NCBI GenBank assembly: GCA_964637135.1
Contig: CAZWTX010000012.1
Location: 1-63,242 of the forward strand
Length of the DNA: 63,242 bases
Reading direction: 5' to 3'
Source of the DNA: an uncultured Methanospirillum sp.
GTDB taxonomy: Archaea > Halobacteriota > Methanomicrobia > Methanomicrobiales > Methanospirillaceae
The translations under genes were made by a program, and so were the position numbers. The notes below the pieces were generated by a model. The model was not told where the DNA came from, made no database searches, and was given only the letters and a program-made list of their open reading frames with translations. The stretch's first letter is position 1, and the number at the start of each line of letters is the position of its first letter. Below are positions 30,270 to 38,443 of the stretch, one piece after another.

Positions 30270-31979
30270 ATGGCAGCGAGCAGACGGATCCAGTCCCTGT
30301 GGGTACTCATCCTGATCCTTGGTCTGCTCCTTATCATCCAGGTAACCGGAATCATAACCCTGTACAACCAGTCCAGCCAGAACACCATGGAGTATACCTG
30401 GAACGAATTATCTGACCTTGCCCTTCTCATCGCCGCTGATATAGATGCACAGGCACTTTCAGAACTCAGGGAGGGGGAAGAAAACAGCCCTGGATTCCTG
30501 AGGATGATCGAACAACTCTGGAAGATGCAGAATGAACATTCAGCGATCAGGTTTGTGTATACCCTGAAAAAGAAGGGAGAAAAACTTGCATTCCTGACAG
30601 ATAGTGAATATGGCCGGAACGATTTTTCCGAACCTCTTATAGGGTATATCTACGAGGAAGCCCCGCCGGAAGCCTTCGAGGCGTTCAATAAGGTTACCGT
30701 CAGAAAGGAGTATTATTCAGACCCCTGGGGAACGTACATATCAGCATATGCCCCGGTACGGAATGTAAGCGGCTATCCGGTAGCGGTGGTCGGTGTTGAT
30801 TTTACGAAGGAGTTCGTAGAATCACGCCTCGCTGATCTGGTCAATGCCGGCTTAATCATCCTGATCATCTCGACCCTGATGTCAGTCATCATCTTTCTGA
30901 TCCTGCTCCATGCCCTGCAACTGAGCAGACAGTACCAGCATCAGGTGGAAGCGAGTGAAGTACTCCTGAAACAGATTCTTGAATCGATCCAGACCGGAGT
31001 TCTCCTCGTTGACGAAAAGACACAAACGATCCGGTTCGCCAATCCGAAGGCAGCAGAACTCTGTGGTTGTGAACAATCAGACATGAAGGGAAAACCGGCT
31101 GACTCATACTTCAAAACACGATCTTTACCTCACCGGGAGGAAGAATCCGGAGAATACCGGATACCTGGTACCGGGAGTGTAACAACGGTGCTCCTTACCC
31201 GGAAAACACTCAGTATCAACGGAAAAAACATGATTGTTGAGTCATTCACGGATATCTCCTTGGTGAAAAAGGCGGAAGAAGATATCCGGCGGACCGCCGC
31301 AGAACTTGAAAAGAATTCTCAGGCCCTTGCTGATGCCAACCGGAAACTGAATATGATGAGTTCGGTAACGAGGCATGATATCATCAATAAGGCAATGATG
31401 GCGAACGGATACCTTGAACTGCTCGCAGAATACCTAACACCCGGAGGTGAATCGTTTTACCAGATTACCAGGGATGCAATCAGGGAGATCCACCGGATCA
31501 TTGAATTTACCAGGACGTATCAGGATCTCGGTGTTCAGACCCCCTTGTGGCAGGATCTCCAAACCCTGATCATGAAAATCCCGGATCCAGGGCATTTTAT
31601 CTCCGTTCAGAATACTGCCATCGGGATGTATGCAGATCCGCTTCTCCTCAAGGTCTTTGAAAACCTGTATGACAACTCTGTCAGGCATGGAGGAACGGGC
31701 CTGTCAGCGATCCATATCTCAACCCTGCCGGCAGGTGATGCGCTTGACCTCATATGGGAAGATGATGGCGAAGGGATCCCGGATGACGAGAAAGAAAAGA
31801 TATTTACGAGGGGATATGGGAAAAACACCGGATTTGGCCTCTTCATCATCAGGGAGATACTTGGAATTACCGGGATCACCATCGTTGAGGATGGCAGATA
31901 TGGTAAGGGAGCACGGTTTATCCTGAGGATCCCGGCAGGATCGTTTCGCGTTCAGACCGGTACAGAGAAGGTCTCATGA
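30270..31979 (+). CDS. Membrane sensor histidine kinase (extracellular Cache/PDC-like domain + PAS + HisKA + HATPase)
   Basis: 2 TM; DPWGTYISAYAP; TRHDIINK H-box; NLYDNSVRH, DDGEGIP, GFGL. Confidence 0.92.
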   Translation: MAASRRIQSLWVLILILGLLLIIQVTGIITLYNQSSQNTMEYTWNELSDLALLIAADIDAQALSELREGEENSPGFLRMIEQLWKMQNEHSAIRFVYTLKKKGEKLAFLTDSEYGRNDFSEPLIGYIYEEAPPEAFEAFNKVTVRKEYYSDPWGTYISAYAPVRNVSGYPVAVVGVDFTKEFVESRLADLVNAGLIILIISTLMSVIIFLILLHALQLSRQYQHQVEASEVLLKQILESIQTGVLLVDEKTQTIRFANPKAAELCGCEQSDMKGKPADSYFKTRSLPHREEESGEYRIPGTGSVTTVLLTRKTLSINGKNMIVESFTDISLVKKAEEDIRRTAAELEKNSQALADANRKLNMMSSVTRHDIINKAMMANGYLELLAEYLTPGGESFYQITRDAIREIHRIIEFTRTYQDLGVQTPLWQDLQTLIMKIPDPGHFISVQNTAIGMYADPLLLKVFENLYDNSVRHGGTGLSAIHISTLPAGDALDLIWEDDGEGIPDDEKEKIFTRGYGKNTGFGLFIIREILGITGITIVEDGRYGKGARFILRIPAGSFRVQTGTEKVS

Positions 31980-32078
31980 CGGCGAAGAAAGAAACAGGTA
32001 ATTCTGCGGAGAGTAATCCTGAACACGAAACCAGATCATACACGGAATATTCCTGATATCACCGTTCGGTTCGAACCG

Positions 32079-33887
32079 ATGGGAACAGTTGCACGGGTAC
32101 CGAAAGGAAGGTGCGTGTTGGATGCGATCAGGGAGGCGGGGATCCAGTTTGAAGCAATCTGCGGAGGAAAGGGAATCTGCGGAAAATGCCGGGTAATCCT
32201 TTCAAGCGGCGAATGCGAAGAGATCCCGGGAGATAGCGAGGCAGGGCTCACTCCCGGTGAAATGGCAGACGGATACATTCTCGCCTGCATGAGCCGGCTC
32301 ATCACCGATACTGTCATCACAATTCCGATCGAAAGCCGGATTGACCGACCGGTGATCCTTGAACAGGCAACCGAAATCCTTCCTGACAGGCTGAACCCTG
32401 CTATTATCCCGGCAAAAATTACCGTGCAGAAGAAGATGGGGGCAGTATTGCTCGGGCCGTCGTTTCAACTGGAAGGGTACGAGGGACCACGGCCCGTCTT
32501 TCCGGAAGAACTAAGCCGGAGCCTTGCAACCCTGTCAAATGAGGGTTATGCAGAGATAACAACATCAGGAGATTCTCCTGAAGTAATCACCGTCACCTCC
32601 GTGAAGACCACAGATCCGCCGCTCGGGGTAGCTCTTGATCTCGGGACAACGACAATCGTGGGATATCTCGTGGATCTCCATACCGGGAAGATACTCGGGA
32701 AGGGATCGTCCCTGAACACCCAGATAACCCATGGGGAGGAACTTGTCACGCGAATAGCCGTTGGAAAGACGACAGAAGGCCTTTCGACATTGAGAACGGC
32801 GGCAATCGAGAGTATCAACCAGGTTATTGACCAGCTCTGCCGGATCACGGAACGGAATACTCATGACATTCTCGACCTCATCATCGGGGGAAATACTGTC
32901 ATGTCATACCTGCTTGCCGGGAAGAATCCGGGAGCGCTGGAATATGTGGATGCTAGGGTGGAACGGAAAAACATCCGGTTTCAGGTGAAAAACACAGGTC
33001 TCCGGGCTCATCCCCGGGCATATGTAACACTTCTCCCAGCAGTGAGCCGGTTTGTCGGGGGGGATGTGATAGGAGATATCATCATTTCAGGCATGCACCG
33101 GTCTCCCGATATCTCACTACTCATTGATCTCGGGACCAATGGGGAGATCGTCCTTGGAAACCGTGAATGGCTGGTTTCAACCTCGTGCGCATCCGGTCCT
33201 GCCTTCGAAGGAGGGGGTCTCTCATCAGGAATGCGGGCAATGCACGGGGCAATAGACCATGTATCGATCAATCCCAAAAATGGTGATGTTTCATACTCGG
33301 TTATCGGTAATTGCAGACCGAGGGGGATATGTGGATCAGGGATCATTGACGCCGCAGCAGCGATGGCGGATGCCGGGATCCTTGACTTTACCGGAAGAAT
33401 TGTCCTGGGAAAGCCCGGAGTGAAAGATCTGGAAGATGGCCCTGCATTTCTTCTTGCTTCATCCGACGTGACGGCAAACGGCAGGGAAATCCTGATCACC
33501 AGCGAAGATATGACCTATCTGATGGACACCAAGGCAGCGATATGTGGGGCCATCAGTGTGCTTCTCATGAAATACCGGATCTCTCCCCGATCCATAACCC
33601 ACCTCTACCTCGCCGGGGCATTCGGGGCTTTCTCATCGATCGATACGCTCGTGTCATTTGGGATCCTCCCGGAGTTCCCCCTGGCCAGTATCCACCGGAT
33701 CGGCAACGGATCCCTTTCCGGTGCATACCATGCACTTGTCTGCAGGGAGATCCGCAAAGAGGCAGAGACACTTGCCGGACAGACAGGGTATGTCGACCTC
33801 CTTGTGGATCCCGGTTTTGTCGATGAGTACTGGGCAGCACTGCGTATTCCCGGAAAAAAAGAACTCTTCCCCTCGCGGATGGAATAA
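32079..33887 (+). CDS. ASKHA-domain [2Fe-2S] reductive activator of corrinoid proteins (RACo/DUF4445); true start probably upstream
   Basis: CGGKGICGKC...LAC 2Fe-2S domain; DLGTTT, FVGGD, DLGTNGE, SCASGPAFEG, GICGSG, LAGAFG. Confidence 0.93.
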   Translation: MGTVARVPKGRCVLDAIREAGIQFEAICGGKGICGKCRVILSSGECEEIPGDSEAGLTPGEMADGYILACMSRLITDTVITIPIESRIDRPVILEQATEILPDRLNPAIIPAKITVQKKMGAVLLGPSFQLEGYEGPRPVFPEELSRSLATLSNEGYAEITTSGDSPEVITVTSVKTTDPPLGVALDLGTTTIVGYLVDLHTGKILGKGSSLNTQITHGEELVTRIAVGKTTEGLSTLRTAAIESINQVIDQLCRITERNTHDILDLIIGGNTVMSYLLAGKNPGALEYVDARVERKNIRFQVKNTGLRAHPRAYVTLLPAVSRFVGGDVIGDIIISGMHRSPDISLLIDLGTNGEIVLGNREWLVSTSCASGPAFEGGGLSSGMRAMHGAIDHVSINPKNGDVSYSVIGNCRPRGICGSGIIDAAAAMADAGILDFTGRIVLGKPGVKDLEDGPAFLLASSDVTANGREILITSEDMTYLMDTKAAICGAISVLLMKYRISPRSITHLYLAGAFGAFSSIDTLVSFGILPEFPLASIHRIGNGSLSGAYHALVCREIRKEAETLAGQTGYVDLLVDPGFVDEYWAALRIPGKKELFPSRME

Positions 33888-34014
33888 CGCCGCATCCTGT
33901 CCCGATTGCAGACACAGAACTGTTATCGCCCTGCGGGGAGGGTTTATGGAAGACGGCTAAAAAGGGGTTTCATAGAGGAATGGAACACCGGAGAGGTACC
34001 GGAATACAGGGAGG

Positions 34015-34845
34015 TCAGGCATCCCCGGTCGTCTCGTGCCCTACTGGCTGAATAACCGAGACACGCCATTCTGCTCCATGCTGCATTATCGTTGTCCAGA
34101 GAGTCTCCTTCTGGAGGGGGGTCCCGGAACTGTCCGGATATGTGTAGGTTCCATACCCCGTAACATCGACACCGGTTTTCACTGCAAGCGCTTTCAGATC
34201 CTCATACCCGGAGAAGATCTCATCATTTGCCGTTTTTCCGATCTGGTTTCCATCCTCTTCGTAGATGATGGCCGTGTCAGGCTGCGTTACCATGAGGTGA
34301 GATCTGGATCCCGAAATGATCTCATCTGTTGCTCTCCTGACAAACTCAACCGGGGAGAAGAGCGCTGTCACCACTCCGATTACTTTCCCATCCGGCCCGA
34401 AAACCGGATACCCGACATATACCATGTGATCAGCACCCTCCACGGAACGGAACAATTCTGAAAGGACGGGTTTTCCTGAGAGAACAGTCGTCCAGGCAGG
34501 AGTGGTGGTGTCAACCTGTGAACCGACGGAGGTCTCATACTCGGACGCAGAGATCAGTATCGTACCGGTCAGGTCGATCACCGATGCAGAGGTGATCGAG
34601 GGATCAGATTCTTTCAGTTCTGCCATGATCATCCCTGCTTTTTCATTGGAGAGATTACCGAAAAGGGCCTGAGAAGCGTTCATGGTTGCCAGGTCAAGGC
34701 GTTCGAGACGGTCCTCCAGGGCATTCGCAACCTTCAGAAGAACCATAGTGAGATCGTCATCCGGGTAAGCATCCGGGGATCCGGCCTGAACAGGAACAAA
34801 CAGTATGCAGAAAAGGAACAGGAGAGAGAGGTGGCCGTAATTCAT
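34015..34845 (-). CDS. Secreted stand-alone Cache-domain protein
   Basis: Signal peptide; PVLSELFRSVEG...YPVFGPDGKVIGVV; QIGK; no C-terminal TM. Confidence 0.75.
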   Translation of the reverse strand: MNYGHLSLLFLFCILFVPVQAGSPDAYPDDDLTMVLLKVANALEDRLERLDLATMNASQALFGNLSNEKAGMIMAELKESDPSITSASVIDLTGTILISASEYETSVGSQVDTTTPAWTTVLSGKPVLSELFRSVEGADHMVYVGYPVFGPDGKVIGVVTALFSPVEFVRRATDEIISGSRSHLMVTQPDTAIIYEEDGNQIGKTANDEIFSGYEDLKALAVKTGVDVTGYGTYTYPDSSGTPLQKETLWTTIMQHGAEWRVSVIQPVGHETTGDA

Positions 34846-34898
34846 ACTACAAAATCAGGGGGAAGAAAAAAAAAGATTCCGAAATACCGGATCATTCC

Positions 34899-35564
34899 TC
34901 AGGTCAGGTGTTCCTCAAAGAAGACAGTGATCCTCTTCACGGCAATGTCCGCCCGGTCTGATGCGATCTTTCCGGCATCCTGATAAGATCGTGAGGATGC
35001 GGGATCTCCGGCTTTCAGTCGTTCTGCTGCGGATGCATAACTGGAGGTGAACTGCGTCATCTGATCGATATATTCGTGATAGTTCACAAGGACATAATCC
35101 ATTTTACGGGGTACATCCTTCAGTCCGGCATTGTTCCGGATCATCACGGATAACTCTCTCGTTTTATTTTCAATGGCTCCCGGATCTCCGGCTTCCCCGG
35201 AGAGGAGCACACCGGCCTTGGCATTCTGCATCAGGTCGATCATCGGTAGGACCATATCCCGAAATGCAACGTTTTTATCAGGTACCGGCGGAGCAAACGG
35301 GGTTTCATGCTGACTGACTACCGGCGATTGTGAAGGAGAAACCACCGGTGCCGGCCTGGTGATATTCTCCAGGAGGGCAGGAGAGATGTTTTCCGTCTGA
35401 TTCGTGGATTCCGTTGGGATAGGGGTAATAGTTTCAGATACCGGTATCATTGTCGCCGGTACGGCGTCAGAAAAACCCTTCTCTGATCCCGGTGATGTCT
35501 GATTCTGGATGCAGCCGCACGCACAGGTAATCATGATGAAGAAGATAATAACTGCAACTCTCAT
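34899..35564 (-). CDS. Hypothetical secreted/lipoprotein with S/T/P-rich linker
   Basis: MRVAVIIFFIMITCACGCIQ lipobox-like signal, low-complexity linker, helical C-terminus. Confidence 0.65.
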   Translation of the reverse strand: MRVAVIIFFIMITCACGCIQNQTSPGSEKGFSDAVPATMIPVSETITPIPTESTNQTENISPALLENITRPAPVVSPSQSPVVSQHETPFAPPVPDKNVAFRDMVLPMIDLMQNAKAGVLLSGEAGDPGAIENKTRELSVMIRNNAGLKDVPRKMDYVLVNYHEYIDQMTQFTSSYASAAERLKAGDPASSRSYQDAGKIASDRADIAVKRITVFFEEHLT

Positions 35565-35601
35565 GGTACACAATCTCTCCCGGATATGATAGGTATACCC
35601 C

Positions 35602-37071
35602 CTATATCCAGTCAGGAAGAACAAGTCCGGTTTCACGAATCATCTGCTTGATACCGGATTCGATACCCCGTTCAAGCCGGATCAGGATCAGGAAATAAAT
35701 GAGGGCGCCGGTCAGCACCAGGAATCCGGCCGCTACAGCATGCTGCACCGGAAATGAAATCCGGATAATAAGAATATACATGGCCATCACCGATGCAGAC
35801 AGGATGATGTTCCTGATTGCCCGAATGTCACATGATATCCTGATAAAGTGGCTGAGAGCATGCCCGGCAAGGATGGCATGAACGAGAATCGTCAGGAGGA
35901 TTGCAACAGCAGCACCGGTAATCCCGAAACCCGGGATCAGGAGGAGGTTTAATACGAGATTCACGGCCCCTGCACTGAGAGCGGATATTGCAGCCAGTTT
36001 CATCTTCCGGAACGCTGACAGCGTCATGGTCCAGAGAAATACAAAGACGTAGAAAACCTGGGCAGCCAGCATGACTGCAAGGGGTCCATAGGCTGCTGAA
36101 TACGGGGATCCATAGAGGTAGTAGAGAAGGAGATCACCGGTAACGATACCCCCGATACAGACCGGGATTGCAAGAAGAAGCGAGTAAGAAACGGCCCGCG
36201 CAAGCGTTCCGGATACCCAGGCAGTTTTTCCCCCGGCATGCCAGGACACGATCTTCGGATAGAGAATACTGGAGAGTGCTGTGGCCGTAAAGAGGGAAAA
36301 TGAAGCGAACTGAAGGGATATCCGGTATAACCCCACTTCCGCATCACCGGCAAAATACCCTATAAGGATAGCATCCAGGTTCCCGTATACAACCATCCCT
36401 CCGGCAGCAAGAAATGACCAGAATGAGAGCTTTACGAGGATTTCCAGGTCAGGGAGAGAGAACCGTGCTGGTCGCCAGGAGAGTGACCGGATCATGATCA
36501 CACCACCTGCTACCATGCCGGCAACCATGCCCCCGGCAAGGCCAAATGCCCCCATCCCAAGGATAACCACCCCGATCTGGATGAGAATACGCACCAGGTT
36601 GCTCACAAACTGGCTTACCTGTACATATCCTGAGCGCCCGGCTGAAGCAAGGAAGGTTGCCGCAATATCAGACGGTGCAGTCAGAATGACCGCCAACATG
36701 AGCCATATCCACATTCCTGAACCAGAGATATCCTTCATCTCCGGCAGGAGCAGGACAAGGAGAAGGACCGAACCGGTGAGGAAGAGTAAACGAAGAAATA
36801 TATAAGCACTAAACCATGCATCACGCCGTTCCCCGGCCATTAAAGTGACTGCCGCTCCACCAAGCCCTCCATTGCTGATGAGGGTGAATATTCCCAGATA
36901 TGAGAGAAATAAAAAATATCCCCCCGGAACATCAGGTGTCCCGAGAAGATGGGTGATCATCATCGTGGTGCCGAAACCGGCAACCGTGATGAAGATATTC
37001 GTTCCAAAATGAAGGAAAGACTGTCGCCTGACATCACCTACCCGCATCAGCCAGGTGACAAGTCCCCTCAT
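35602..37071 (-). CDS. Oligosaccharide flippase / polysaccharide biosynthesis protein (Wzx/MOP superfamily)
   Basis: About 14 hydrophobic helices; DAILIGYF...VGLY; LNLLLIPGFGITGAA. Confidence 0.9.
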   Translation of the reverse strand: MRGLVTWLMRVGDVRRQSFLHFGTNIFITVAGFGTTMMITHLLGTPDVPGGYFLFLSYLGIFTLISNGGLGGAAVTLMAGERRDAWFSAYIFLRLLFLTGSVLLLVLLLPEMKDISGSGMWIWLMLAVILTAPSDIAATFLASAGRSGYVQVSQFVSNLVRILIQIGVVILGMGAFGLAGGMVAGMVAGGVIMIRSLSWRPARFSLPDLEILVKLSFWSFLAAGGMVVYGNLDAILIGYFAGDAEVGLYRISLQFASFSLFTATALSSILYPKIVSWHAGGKTAWVSGTLARAVSYSLLLAIPVCIGGIVTGDLLLYYLYGSPYSAAYGPLAVMLAAQVFYVFVFLWTMTLSAFRKMKLAAISALSAGAVNLVLNLLLIPGFGITGAAVAILLTILVHAILAGHALSHFIRISCDIRAIRNIILSASVMAMYILIIRISFPVQHAVAAGFLVLTGALIYFLILIRLERGIESGIKQMIRETGLVLPDWI

Positions 37072-37208
37072 GGGATCACTGTTGATCTGCCCGGCATAAA
37101 GGATCTCAGGAGGCAGGCTGGATCAGGATCCATGCCGGCCATCAGTTACTCTGACAGGTACGATCTCCATGGTGCTGACGAACCCTCACAGCGCGAACCC
37201 TTCAGGCA

Positions 37209-37805
37209 TCAGGCTGGGGGGAACCGTTCGGAGACGATCCGGTTTACATCAGAAAGCCACCCGTTCCTCTCTTCAGGAGTGCTGGTCACCACAGTCCTGA
37301 AGATATGGCGGGTGACATCGGTTACTCCGCAGAGACCGAAGATGCAGTCCTTCCATATCCGTTCGAGTGGATCGCCGAACACCGTTGTTTCACGTCCGGG
37401 AGAAGTATTGGAGGTATTGAAGATCATGGCCGACCTGGTTTTCAGCAGTCCCACCGGAATCCCTTCGCCACTATCACCCTCAACAAACCGGTATGCAACT
37501 CCCGGCCTGATCACCCGGTCAATCCAGTCGGTCAGAATGGCAGGAGGCATTCCCCACCAGTTCGGATGGACAACGATGATCCCGTCAGCAGCAAGGAGAT
37601 CAGAACAGTGGGCAGAGAGCACCGGATCAAGAACCGCATCGCGGGGTATCTCCTCCACCAGTAGGAGCGGATCAAATCCCTCACTGCAGAGATCGTGAAA
37701 TACAACGGTATACCCGAGTTTTTTCAGGGTCTCTTCCGCCGTTGAAGCAATGGCATGGCAGAAACTGGAGGGATTCGGATTCGCAAGAATGAGAAGAATG
37801 TTCAT
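37209..37805 (-). CDS. Flavodoxin-fold NAD(P)H dehydrogenase (quinone) family protein
   Basis: ILANPNPSSFCHAI, HPNWWGMPPAILTDWIDRV. Confidence 0.9.
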   Translation of the reverse strand: MNILLILANPNPSSFCHAIASTAEETLKKLGYTVVFHDLCSEGFDPLLLVEEIPRDAVLDPVLSAHCSDLLAADGIIVVHPNWWGMPPAILTDWIDRVIRPGVAYRFVEGDSGEGIPVGLLKTRSAMIFNTSNTSPGRETTVFGDPLERIWKDCIFGLCGVTDVTRHIFRTVVTSTPEERNGWLSDVNRIVSERFPPA

Positions 37806-37888
37806 TTCCTCATCTCTTTGCCTGGTAGGTCATCTGCCTGCTGGTCAGGAGGAGCAGGCTTATCAGATACTGATCCCGATGTTCATCT

Positions 37889-38320
37889 ATGACAAAACCG
37901 TTCATCCTGGCTGTGAGGGTGATACTCTTCGATTAGAACGGACAAATCCTCGTTCTGAAACGGGCCGGAGCATCGAAGACCAATCCGGGAACATGGGAAC
38001 TTCCCGGAGGAAAAGTGGAACCTGGTGAAAACTTCGATGAAGCACTCAGGCGTGAAACCCGCGAGGAAACGGGGTTTTCAGTGATCCTTCACACGGCTGC
38101 TGGAACGGCCATGCAGGAGACCGGTGAGGCACGGATCGTGCATCTGGTCATGATTGGAACGATTTTATCCGGCGGACTTTCAATCAGCAGGGAGCACGAG
38201 GAGTACCGGTGGATTACCACGTCAGGGCTGGCTGTTCTCGAAAAGGCAGACTGGTTTGATGAATACTGCAGGACGTTCCTGCAGCCTGTGGCAGGAGAAG
38301 AGGGAATGGATTCTTCCTGA
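37889..38320 (+). pseudogene. NUDIX (MutT-like) hydrolase interrupted by an in-frame TAG at codon 16 (pseudogene, sequencing error or readthrough)
   Basis: MTKPFILAVRVILFD*NGQILVLKR...WELPGGKVEPGENFDEALRRETREETG; TAG at 37934-37936. Confidence 0.8.
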
Positions 38321-38443
38321 ATGAATGCCGGCAGAACGGGAGGAGAATCAGATCTGTGATTGTCTTTTTACATGATCAGGTCATAGTAACAGTCTGTCCA
38401 TTCCCCGTCCAGGAACACCGGTCATGGGCCGAGGTAACATTCG

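Noticed and set aside
35468..35604. Genome-wide TAG reassignment
   Set aside because: The flippase ends at TAG at a natural-looking C-terminus, and readthrough would run about 44 codons, overlapping the next gene; TAG appears to act as a stop.
36949..37698. 249-aa + strand ORF
   Set aside because: Overlaps two recognisable minus-strand genes; Ser/Arg/Pro-rich with no motifs.
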